64,000 nt of DNA from an uncultured Planctomycetota bacterium (lineage in GTDB: Bacteria > Planctomycetota > Planctomycetia > Isosphaerales > Isosphaeraceae): the NCBI GenBank assembly GCA_963823665.1, contig CAWGMQ010000010.1, positions 1,184,001-1,248,000 of the forward strand, given 5' to 3'. Shown piece after piece: positions 1-8,973 of the stretch. The position numbers and the translations under genes were made by a program. Numbering within the stretch: the first letter of the stretch is position 1; every line of letters begins with the position of its first letter. A model generated the notes under the pieces. The model worked only from the letters and a program-made list of their open reading frames with translations. It ran no database searches and had not been told where the DNA came from.

Positions 1-1492
1 TCAACCTGGGCCCGGAGGGCAACCTCACCGTTTCCAGTTCCGGCCAGGACACGATTACCGGTACGCTCGGCGGCACTGCCACATCGGGATCCGTCCAGGG
101 ACTCACCGGCACGTATTTCAACCTGACCGCGGCCCAGAACCTGATCCAGCCCGCTGACGCGGGCAATTCCGCCTGGCTGGGAAATCAAACGCCGGTCGTG
201 ACCGTGCAACTCGCCGGGCCGATTGACTTCCCGGACATCGCGGACAATGGGTTCGCGGATAGCGTGGGCAACCCTGCCTACTACAATCTCGGCGCCGGCA
301 ACAATAACAACGTCGAGGCGCGCTGGTATGGGCAGATTTTGATCCCTGGCACGGGCACCGCTGGGGTACCCATTAACTTCGCCACCACCAGCGACGACGG
401 CAGCATGCTTTATATCGATGGCAATGCGGTGGTTAACAACAACAATTTTCAGGGGGCCACGCAGGCAACAGGCATGGCGAATCTGACCCCGGGCGTCCAC
501 AACATTGACGTCGAATACTACCAGGGGGGCGGCGGCGCCACCATGGACGCGCAGTGGGACCCCTCGGGCGGCACCAACTTCGTGGATATTCCCAATTCGG
601 CCTTTTTCGAGCCCATCAATAGCCTGTTGATGACGGGCACCGGCACGCTCGCCCTTTCGAAAACTGACACCTATCTCGGGTCAACTACCGTCAACTCGGG
701 CAAACTTGTGGTCAACGGCAGTTTGCTCGAGAGCGCCGTCACGGTTGCTGGCGGCGGTACCTTGGGCGGCGATGGCAAGGTCCTGGCTACGACCGTTCAA
801 AGCGGCGGTGTCCTGTCTCCCGGCGATTCCCCCGGGAACTTCACTACGGGAAGCCTGTCCCTGGCGGCGGGTGCCACTTTCAACGAAGAGCTGGGAGGCA
901 AGACCGCTGGAACGCAATACGACCAGACGGTCATACCGGCCGGCGGCACCGTCGCCCTTGACAACGCGACCCTGAACATCTCATTCCTGCGCGGCTTCGT
1001 GCCGACGGTCGGCCAGCAATTCACCATCATTCACAACCAGAGCGGCAGCAGCGTCTTCGGGACATTCAGTCAGGGCAGCACATATACCACCCCAGGCTAC
1101 AGCTTCGGGATCAACTACGCAGGGGCGCTGGTCACGATGTGGTCCTGACCGTGCTTCCCCAGAGCGTCGGCGGTCAGGTCAGCGTTAACGAGTCGGGCGT
1201 GGTCCATGACCGCGCTAAGCAGTTGCTGGGCGGCACCACTACCGTTGCCAAGCCGGGCACGACAATCCTCGTCGGGGCTCCGGAGTTTGAAGCGACGGGC
1301 CCTCCGGCTGGTGTGGTTCCGGCGAGCGCCAGCGGCATCGCACGGGTGGGCACTCCTTACATATCGATCAATCTTGCCTACGGTGTACTGGCCCCGGACC
1401 AATCGAGCACGTTCACAGTCCCGTTCAAGAATCCGAAACGATGGTCGTTCGCGTATGGCATCCTCACCTTTGACGAGGATGCCAGCAGCTAG
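1..1492 (+). CDS. 3' part of a large secreted protein with a PA14 domain and autotransporter-associated beta-strand repeat (5'-truncated by window edge; frameshift near 1125)
   Basis: Frame open from position 3. GLTGTYFN...ARWYGQI...TSDDGSMLYIDG...HNIDVEYYQGGG is PA14-like, and TGTGTLALSKTDTYLGSTTVNSGKL is a passenger-associated repeat. One extra G in the run at ~1122-1125 restores NYAGGAGHDVVLTV and joins ORF 198..1148 to 1139..1492. Confidence 0.8.
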
Positions 1493-1567
1493 CGTGATTG
1501 AGCTATGGTTGCGGGGACACCATATAGATTGGTTGACCGCTGGCAGTGCGATTGGTACCCTTTTGCA

Positions 1568-2233
1568 ATGGCTCGATTAGCGCGTGTCGTTGCTGCTGGT
1601 TTGCCGCACTATATTACCCAGAGGGGAAACCGTCGCCAGCAGACATTCTTTTGTGATGAAGATTACCAGACTTATCTGGAATTGATGGGTGAGTGGTGCG
1701 GCGCGCACGACGTCCAGATCTGGGCGTATTGCCTGATGCCTGACCATGTGCATTTGATCGCGGTTCCCGAATCGGCGGATGGATTGAGACGCGCGCTCGG
1801 AGAGGTCCACCGACGTTACACACGGATGGTCAACTTCCGCGAGGGTTGGCGCGGACATCTATGGCAGGGCCGATTCGCCTCATACGTACTGGATAACCCC
1901 TACCTGCTGACGGCCGCACGGTACGTCGAGCTTAACCCGGTGCGCGCGGGGCTGGCGGAGACGCCAAGGCGGTATCGATGGAGCAGCGCCGCAGCCCATA
2001 TCCGTGGCCGCGATGACGAGCTCGCCACGGTCGGACCTCTGCTTGAGCTGGCCCCGAAATGGCGCAGTTTTCTCGCGAGGGTGATTCGAGAGGAGGACAT
2101 AGAGCTCCTTCGATCGCACGAACGGACCGGCCGGCCGCTGGGAGAGGAAGCGTTTCTGGCAAGGCTCGAAAAGAAACTGGGGAGAATCCTGAGAAAGCAA
2201 AGACCTGGTCCGAAGGGACGGGCGAAGAAATAA
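1568..2233 (+). mobile_element. REP-associated tyrosine transposase (RAYT, Y1 HUH family)
   Basis: MARLARVV...PHYITQRGNRRQQTFF, HUH motif AYCLMPDHVHL, GHLWQGRF, catalytic-Tyr region RYVELNPVRAGL...YRWSS. Confidence 0.9.
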
Positions 2234-2247
2234 TTCGCAGACACGGT

Positions 2248-3060
2248 CTAGGAGCCCGGCCGCCATATGAGGATCTCGCCTTTGCCCGGAACCGACGCGT
2301 CTCCTATGAAACGGTTATAAGTGCCGTTTCGGACGTTATTGGGGATTGAGAATTTCAGAGCATCGAGCTGCTTGGTGTACAGATTCAAGAACACGGGATT
2401 GTACGCGCAGGCATACGAAAACGTCGGCAGCATCTGGAGTTCCTTGAACGAGACGATCGTGCCGCGGACCATCCAGGCACCGGTCCGAATCTCAGCGCCT
2501 GCCATGAGGAAAATCGTTCCTCCTTTCATCTGCAAGCCGGCAAAATCTCGCACAGGGCCCCGGACTGCGATCGTCCCTCGTTTCATCCGCATCCCGACTT
2601 CCAAGCCTGCAGAGCCGCCGATCAATATCGTGCCGTTTTGCATGCCGGAGGTGCTTCCCCGGTAGGCCGCTCCGACTTGACCGCCAGCATTGCCGTGAAT
2701 CCGGATCAGCCCATCGGTCATCTCGGCGCCGACCCAGTCCGAGGCGTTGCCCGTCACTTCGATCGTTCCGCCTTTCATGTAGGCCCCAAGATGCATGCCT
2801 GCGTTGCCGTGGATCGTGATGCTGCCGCGCGTCATGCCCTTGCCGATCCATTTCACGTTGCGGGCGTCGCCTCGAATCTCGAGGTCGTCATTTCCGTCGC
2901 CCTCAACGTCGAAAAAGTCATCGACGCGGCACTGGCGCTTTCCCAAGAAGACGGGTAGGCCGCGCACTTGATCGGGTGCCAAGCCGGCGATCGCGTCGGG
3001 GCAGAGGGCTTCGGCCTCTAGCGGAACACTGGGCTGTTCTTTCAGGGTGAAAACGATCAT
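2248..3060 (-). CDS. fwdC: Formylmethanofuran dehydrogenase subunit C
   Basis: Repeated GxxMxxGxIxIxGNAG beta-helix (GltB/FwdC) motifs, GAAYRGSTSGM, LPTFSY, C-terminal GDASVPGKGEIL; directly downstream of fwdA. Confidence 0.93.
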   Translation of the reverse strand: MIVFTLKEQPSVPLEAEALCPDAIAGLAPDQVRGLPVFLGKRQCRVDDFFDVEGDGNDDLEIRGDARNVKWIGKGMTRGSITIHGNAGMHLGAYMKGGTIEVTGNASDWVGAEMTDGLIRIHGNAGGQVGAAYRGSTSGMQNGTILIGGSAGLEVGMRMKRGTIAVRGPVRDFAGLQMKGGTIFLMAGAEIRTGAWMVRGTIVSFKELQMLPTFSYACAYNPVFLNLYTKQLDALKFSIPNNVRNGTYNRFIGDASVPGKGEILIWRPGS

Positions 3061-3075
3061 GCGGGCAGACTTCGC

Positions 3076-4701
3076 CTATTTGCAGGACTGGATTTCCGGC
3101 CGTTCGATGCGTTCCAGCTCCACGGGGTAGTTCTCGAACGACATGGTGTAATACTGCTGAAACAATGGCCGCAAGTACGCCTCGATTGATTCATCGTAAG
3201 TGGGATGAACGACGAATCCGCGGCCGTTGCTGATGTTGCGGATCTCTCCTTCCTCGACCACGATCTCTCCGCCCTTGATGACGTAGCGTGGATACCGGAA
3301 TAACAGTTCGCCATCCGGCTTTTCGTTGTAGATGGTGATGTCGGCGTCGGCGCCCACACCCAGGTGTCCTTTTTGCGACAGCCCGAGGGCTCTGGCAGGG
3401 CCGGCGGACGTGATGATGGCAATCTCCGACAGCGTGTATTCTCGGTCGAGATCTGCCAGGACCGTGCGCCCGAGCGCCTTGGCGGGCAGCGCCTTGACGC
3501 GCTCCCGACGTTGATCCGCGTTCATGAGCAGGTGGATGATTTCGGGATAACGCCAGAAACATGCGCCGTTGGGATGATCGGTTGTGAGGAAGATTCGCCA
3601 GGGGTCGTTGATCAGCAACAAGAGCTCGAGGCCAACGGCCCATTGCACGGCGTTGACCACATTGCTTCCCTTGTACGTATAAGGGACGATGCCGCAACCG
3701 GTCTCGTTCTCAACGTCAAGGTTGCCCCATTTTCGGCCGGTGAGCTGATAGAGGAAGTGCTGCCAAGGACCATCGGCGGTGACCGTCACGGCGTTGCCGA
3801 ACAGGATCGCACCGGCATCGGCAGTCAGGTTGGGATGGGCGTTGAAATACTCGGCGAGCGTCGCGGCCTCGGAGCGCATCGTGTCCCAACTGTCGCCGCC
3901 GTAGGAATGGAATTGCAGATGCGCCATGTGCGCACGAGATCCCTCCAGGACCTTCATGGTCTCGAGGGTCGTGATGACGTTGCCTGGTGCGCCGAGGTTG
4001 TTGCAGTGCAGATGAAGCGGATGTGGCAAGCCAAGTTGATCGACGATCTGTGCCAGGCCGGCGACGATCGCGGCCGGCGTCACTTTGCTGTAGCCGGGTA
4101 CCGGCTCGAACATCGCTTTGGCGTCTTTGCCCCACTTCCACGCCGTGACCCCGCCGGGATTAACCGCTTTCACCCCGTATGCTTTGGACGCCCAGATCAG
4201 CCAGGCGACGACATCCTTGGCCCGTTCGGTTTCGCCGGCCTCGAGCAGGTCGAGCACGATTTCATTATTGGCCATGAGTACGCAGCAACCCTTATCCACG
4301 ATCGGAGTGTCGCGCAGCTCCTCATGAGTGTGCTTGGCGGTCAGCACCGGGACGGCGGCTTCGATCACGGTCGTATAGCCCATTCCGGCGTAGAGATAGC
4401 CGGTGGCGAACGTCGTGGGCGTGGGGCCACCGATTCCTGCACGACGCTGTGCGGTGCGGAGGAAGGGCGTGGCCTGGCGCTGGTTCTCAGGGGTCATCGC
4501 CCGCGCGAAGTTGAGCGCGGCGCCGGCGACGTGGGTGTGGATATCCACGCCACCGGGGAAGATGAACATGCCGGTTGCGTCGATCACGCGGCCACCTTCG
4601 ACCTCCGACACGATCCGGCCGTCCGAGATGCACAGGTCCTTGACCACGCCATCGATGCCATTCGCGGGATCATAGACCTTCCCGCCGGTGATTCGCAGCA
4701 T
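3076..4701 (-). CDS. fwdA: Formylmethanofuran dehydrogenase subunit A (binuclear amidohydrolase)
   Basis: GGVDIHTHVAG (HxH), YGVKAVNPGG (carboxy-Lys), HLHCNNLG, HLQFHSYGG, TTDHPNG; all metal ligands intact. Confidence 0.95.
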   Translation of the reverse strand: MLRITGGKVYDPANGIDGVVKDLCISDGRIVSEVEGGRVIDATGMFIFPGGVDIHTHVAGAALNFARAMTPENQRQATPFLRTAQRRAGIGGPTPTTFATGYLYAGMGYTTVIEAAVPVLTAKHTHEELRDTPIVDKGCCVLMANNEIVLDLLEAGETERAKDVVAWLIWASKAYGVKAVNPGGVTAWKWGKDAKAMFEPVPGYSKVTPAAIVAGLAQIVDQLGLPHPLHLHCNNLGAPGNVITTLETMKVLEGSRAHMAHLQFHSYGGDSWDTMRSEAATLAEYFNAHPNLTADAGAILFGNAVTVTADGPWQHFLYQLTGRKWGNLDVENETGCGIVPYTYKGSNVVNAVQWAVGLELLLLINDPWRIFLTTDHPNGACFWRYPEIIHLLMNADQRRERVKALPAKALGRTVLADLDREYTLSEIAIITSAGPARALGLSQKGHLGVGADADITIYNEKPDGELLFRYPRYVIKGGEIVVEEGEIRNISNGRGFVVHPTYDESIEAYLRPLFQQYYTMSFENYPVELERIERPEIQSCK

Positions 4702-4741
4702 GTGGTCTCCGCTCGCTCTAGAACTGCTCTCGAGTCTTCCG

Positions 4742-6073
4742 CTAACTCATGGCCATCTGGGCTTCAGGGGAGGGTGCAAACGGGGGCTTGGCTGCAACGG
4801 CTTCATGAATCCGGCGGATGACTTCTTCGTCGGTGGGATAGGGCGAGTCGAGCGCCGGTCGAAGGGGCAGGGGGATTTCATCCATGCGGTAGACAGTGCC
4901 TGGAGCGCTGATTCCCGTTGCGGCCGTCGTTATGTGGACGCGTGCCAGGCGGCTGGTGTGCGTCACTTTGGGGTCGAGGACGATGGTGGGAATCCGGGCC
5001 AGGTGTTCAATTCCGGGTTGTGGCATGGTCGCGCCGGGATCGGCGCCCAGGATCAGCGCGGCATCGACATCGCCCCGAACAAGCAAGTCGACCGTCGAGA
5101 ATTCTCCCGGGTTGTAGCGCGGGTAGCCGCGGCATAGATTCACGCCGAAGGGATAGCCTGTGGTCCAACGCATGACCATGTCTGAACCGGTGACGTTTCC
5201 GTGTCCGCGCATGGGCATGGCGACGAACTTCGTGAAGGCGTTGAGCTCGGCCGCGAGCGCCAGCACGGCGGCGGAGTTCATGTGCTTGCCGCGGGTCATC
5301 GACAGGCCCATACCAAAGAAGATTACTCCGAAGCGGGCATTCTTCATCCGGTCGGCAAAATCGTGTAATTGCTCGAGGGAGAGCCCCGTTTCCTCCACAA
5401 TCTCCTTGTTCACCGGTTGGTTTTTGATGAGAGCCCTCAAAGTCGTGAGGACTTCAAAGTCTTTTCCCGGCTTGATTTGAAGGAACAGATCCGATGCTCT
5501 CTCGCTGGGCGTCTCACGAATATCAACCAGCACCATCGTGCGGCCCTTGCGGCCGTTGGGCACGAACTTCCCTTTTTGGGTGAGCGTGTACTTCGTGAAG
5601 TGCCGGGGATGGCATTCGGCGGGATTGCCTCCCCAGTAAACGATGAAGTCAGCCCGGTTTTTAATTTCGCCTAACGTACAAGTCACCTTGCCACCCAACT
5701 GGGCGGCGATTTCCGTTGGACCGTGTCATAGTGATGTGTGGCTATCGATCACTCCACCGATCGCTTCGGTGAGCGCCACGGCCTCTCGCTGGGCCTCGCA
5801 GGTGATATTGCTCATTCCATAGACCAAGGGCATGCTGGCCGCATAAAGATAATTGGCAGCGGCCTGCACGGCGGCATCGACCGAGGCCGGCTGACCATCA
5901 ATGAGCGAATCCGGGTAGAGCCGTTCGGCTGTGTGGTTTTTGAACCAGGACTCTCCGAGGCTGCACGCGCCCTTCGTTTTAACGATTCGCTCGGGCTCGG
6001 CATGCAGCTCGATATCGTCGCAAACGCAGCCGCAGAACGTGCAGGTCGCGTGCTGAACAATCTTCAGGCTCAT
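4742..6073 (-). CDS. fwdB: Formylmethanofuran dehydrogenase subunit B, predicted selenoprotein (443 aa, Sec116 at UGA 5726-5728)
   Basis: ORFs 5726..6100 and 4742..5698 are in the same frame, separated by one TGA: IDSHTSL*HGPTEIAAQLGGKVTCTLGEIKNRAD. N-terminal CTFCGCVCDD Fe-S motif, WGGNPAECHPRH and PMRGHGNVTG present. GAGGA RBS before ATG 6073. Confidence 0.9.
5690..5707 (-). promoter_or_regulatory. Bacterial-type SECIS hairpin of fwdB
   Basis: mRNA GCCGCCC-AGUU-GGGUGGC: 7-bp stem, 4-nt loop with G at position 2 followed by U; loop starts 25 nt after the UGA. Confidence 0.8.
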
Positions 6074-6136
6074 CGCAAAGTTCCTCAGATCGGGGGCCAT
6101 TGGAAATTCGAGGCGCTGGTTTGGCGGAGTCTTCCC

Positions 6137-6343
6137 TTATCGGGTCTTGCTTTCGCCCGGACCGGGCGGTACGACGAACGTTCAGCCCAGCTCGCGGCCG
6201 AGCAGACTTCCTCTGATCCGGCGCGGCCGATATCTTCCCGTCTCGATCATCTCCCAGGCCGGGGACTTCGCCGGTTCCGCTTCTTGACCGAGCGGAGCCG
6301 TGTCGGATCCGGCAGCATTGATCGGGTTTCTGGAAGTTTCCAC
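6137..6343 (-). CDS. Small uncharacterised protein between fwdD and fwdB; 53 aa to UGA, or 68 aa if UGA 6182-6184 is read as Sec
   Basis: AAGGGAGG RBS 6 nt before GTG 6343. Sequence METSRNPINAAGSDTAPLGQEAEPAKSPAWEMIETGRYRPRRIRGSLLGRELG*TFVVPPGPGESKTR-TAA. It fills the 320-bp gap in an otherwise tight operon. Confidence 0.6.
6154..6168 (-). promoter_or_regulatory. SECIS-like hairpin after the UGA of the small ORF
   Basis: mRNA CGCCCG-GUC-CGGGCG: 6 GC pairs, loop starting GU, 19 nt after the UGA. No U-tract follows, so it is not an intrinsic terminator. Confidence 0.55.
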
Positions 6344-6393
6344 TCTAGACCTCCCTTCTTTGAAAGAAAGCACAGTGCCTGTTTTTGCGAGCG

Positions 6394-6774
6394 TCAGGAT
6401 GAAGGCAGCTCTGCCGAAGGCTGCGCCGGGCCTTCGGGCGTGATCGGTTCAAGTTCGACTTCCCAGCCTTTGGAGGTGGGCATTCCCGTTCCATCCGTGT
6501 CCTGGCCCATGAGGCGGCAAGTTGGCGGGCCGTACGGCACGAATATCATTCCCGGGGGGACTTTTCCCTCCTTGCAATGAAAGACACCCTCGCCGGTCTC
6601 GGATCGGACCCGGACGGTGCCTCCCGAGACGATTCCGACCTCTTTCATATCGTCTGGGTGCATGATCAATGTGCTGACGAGCGCCTGGTATTCGGCGCTA
6701 TCTTTGCCAATGTTGATCTGCTGGCCTTGCTTCGTCGTGCGGCCCGCGTTCATGATGAAGCGCCTGGCCGTCAT
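6394..6774 (-). CDS. fwdD: Formylmethanofuran dehydrogenase subunit D (molybdopterin dinucleotide-binding)
   Basis: NAGRTTKQG, MHPDDMKEVGI, GMIFVPYGP, TDGTGMPTSKGWEVELE; first gene of the fwd cluster. Confidence 0.88.
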   Translation of the reverse strand: MTARRFIMNAGRTTKQGQQINIGKDSAEYQALVSTLIMHPDDMKEVGIVSGGTVRVRSETGEGVFHCKEGKVPPGMIFVPYGPPTCRLMGQDTDGTGMPTSKGWEVELEPITPEGPAQPSAELPSS

Positions 6775-6903
6775 CGGGAAAGTCCTCTGCGCTCGATGGC
6801 TACACTGGATCTCGAGGCGGCGTGAGTTGTTGCGGCGGGAAGCGACACCGAAATCTATCCCTCTAAATCAATCGCATTCACGGGCGGCGCACGACCAGGA
6901 CTC

Positions 6904-6931
6904 ATTCTACCTGTTTCGCGGCCAGGGTAAA
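6904..6931 (-). promoter_or_regulatory. Possible sigma70 promoter of the fwd operon
   Basis: TTTACC-N16-TAGAAT on the minus strand, about 130 nt upstream of fwdD. Confidence 0.3.
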
Positions 6932-6996
6932 GGGAAAGCCTCTAGTGCTGGCCGGATTAGACCAGGTCGTGACCCCTCACGGTTTGAATAAGACCA

Positions 6997-7027
6997 CGGG
7001 GCTCGGGATCATCGGATTCGAGCCCCG
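6997..7027. terminator. GC-rich hairpin just downstream of the P450 remnant
   Basis: CGGGGCTCG...CGAGCCCCG inverted repeat; no clear U-tract. Confidence 0.35.
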
Positions 7028-7029
7028 AG

Positions 7030-7271
7030 TCAGGACGAAGTCGTGGCCGCGGCGCGGCGACTGGGCGTGAAGCGGATCGACAGCCGGGACGGGCCGTGCA
7101 CGCTCAGCGCCTGGCGCGGCTCCCACGGCGCGTCGGTCGCCAGCTCGAACTCGTCAACGCGCTCCAGGAAATCGGCAGCGCGATTCGCGCCTCCAGCCGC
7201 GCCAGCGGAGCGCCAAGGCAGGCGTGGATGCCGTGCCCGAACGCCAGGTGCGGGTTCGGGGTACGGGCGAT
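7030..7271 (-). pseudogene. C-terminal remnant of a cytochrome P450
   Basis: [32 protein letters not shown] (heme-Cys signature at 7212-7241), frameshift ~7175, then [35 protein letters not shown]. In-frame stop just upstream and no N-terminal part. Confidence 0.85.
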
Positions 7272-7306
7272 GAGGACACGTCACTGTTGTTCTCTGCATC
7301 AAGCGT

Positions 7307-8569
7307 TCAGGCCATGGTTCGGCTGGGGACCTCGTCGCGATCGAGGTACGCGGGCCTTGGGACCGAGGGGACTCGCGGGGCGCCACCGCGCAGCCACCGG
7401 CCAATCCAACTGCGGCGAACGCAGGCCTCGTAGGTGAGGAGGCTCCAGGCCAGACCGAGCGCAAGCGCGAGCAGGAACTTGATGGAACTGGGAAGTGCGA
7501 CCAGGAAGAGGTTTGCCTGAATGAGCCCGACGACCGGGAAGTGCGCCAGGTACACCCAGTAGGAGGAGTCGGAGAGGTACTTCATCACTCGGCCGCCATA
7601 TCGTGCCAGGTGCGCGCACACGCCTAGCGATCCATAAAGCGTCAGCCAGCCGAAGAGCGACGCCGAGGCGACCGACACCCAGGCGGCCGATCCCGTCAAG
7701 GAAGCTGCGAGGTCCAGAGGCAGCCAACTTACCCGCACCATGAGCGCGACGGCCGAGCCGGCGAGGAACAACCAGGGCAGGGGCCCGCGGGTTAGCGCGG
7801 GCAGACGAGTCCGGCCCGAGTGCCACGCCAGTCCCGCGATGAAGAACAGGCTGTGATGAAGCCAGCGGATCGGGTTGATCAGGAAGCTGTTCCCCAGGTC
7901 CAGGATGGGGTCGACGCCGTTCCACCAGTGCCCCAGCCACAGGATCAGCGTGGTGGGTATCGCCAGCATCAAGGGGGCCAGGGGCGAACAGAAATGGCTC
8001 AGCACGCCATTCAAGTTGCGTGGCCGTTGCCGGCGCCAGAATTGAACGACGCCCAGAAGGGCCAGCATCGGAATCAGATAGGCCATGAACCAGAGATGGG
8101 CCGGGCCGAACCGATTGGCCTGAATCTGAGGGTCGGCGAAGCTTAACTCGAGCAGTTCGGCAACGTCACAACGGCCGGCGAGGTAAAGGCCAAGCATCCA
8201 GATGAGAATCGTGGGAACCAGGATCGCCGGAAGCGCCGCCAGGAAGGGTAGGCCGATCCGGCGCACGCGATCGAGCGCATAGCCGCGCGTTCCCTTGGCT
8301 TCAAGCACCGCCGCCGCCGCATAGCCGGCCAGCGCGAAGAATGCGGGCATGGTGGCACCGTAGGACCACCATGCGAATTGCTGGACGAGTTCGGAACCGG
8401 CCGGTTCGTGGACCAGCCAGATCAGTCCGGGAATCCGAACCGTCATGTATGCGGCCGAGGCATGGAGGGCGACGACGGCAACCATCGAGACCACGCGCAG
8501 GGCATCGAGGGCAGCGACTCGATCGCTGGTTGGCGCATCCCGGCGAACGCTGGCCCTGGCGGCTGGCAT
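7307..8569 (-). CDS. Acyltransferase family 3 membrane protein (MdoC/OpgC-like)
   Basis: RVAALDALR...VVALHAS, MPAFFALAGY, AHLWFMAYL, SDSSYWVYLAHFP; multiple TM segments. Confidence 0.85.
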   Translation of the reverse strand: MPAARASVRRDAPTSDRVAALDALRVVSMVAVVALHASAAYMTVRIPGLIWLVHEPAGSELVQQFAWWSYGATMPAFFALAGYAAAAVLEAKGTRGYALDRVRRIGLPFLAALPAILVPTILIWMLGLYLAGRCDVAELLELSFADPQIQANRFGPAHLWFMAYLIPMLALLGVVQFWRRQRPRNLNGVLSHFCSPLAPLMLAIPTTLILWLGHWWNGVDPILDLGNSFLINPIRWLHHSLFFIAGLAWHSGRTRLPALTRGPLPWLFLAGSAVALMVRVSWLPLDLAASLTGSAAWVSVASASLFGWLTLYGSLGVCAHLARYGGRVMKYLSDSSYWVYLAHFPVVGLIQANLFLVALPSSIKFLLALALGLAWSLLTYEACVRRSWIGRWLRGGAPRVPSVPRPAYLDRDEVPSRTMA

Positions 8570-8973
8570 GGCTCGTCTCCCTTCGCACGGGACCGTTGCG
8601 CTTCTCGCTGACTCGGCACTCGGCCTTCGCAGACGCTTGCGTGCACGAACTTGACAAAAAATCCAGGCCGATTCGCGAAATGAATCCGATCGGAAGAAAT
8701 GTGCCGGTACTGGCTGGGCTCGCAGACGCTAGAAACGGTCGAACGGCATGTTTCTCAGCCGGCGGCAGAGGCTCGGGGCGTATCCACACGTTCTGGAAGG
8801 CGGCCATCTCCACAAGCTGAGCCAATGGCTGGTGACTGCGCCCGGCGAGGCCGCTCGCCAGATTATGCAGCGGATCTACACAAAAGCAAATTTCCACACG
8901 CGACTTGGAACACTCTGGGGCAGAGCGTCCGAACTGGACGTGTTTGCGTCCATTCGTGGGCGCGGGGAAATCG

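Noticed and set aside
5726..5728. fwdB as a nonsense pseudogene or two separate genes
   Set aside because: The stop is UGA exactly at the catalytic Cys position with a SECIS-like hairpin, and the rest of the operon is intact.
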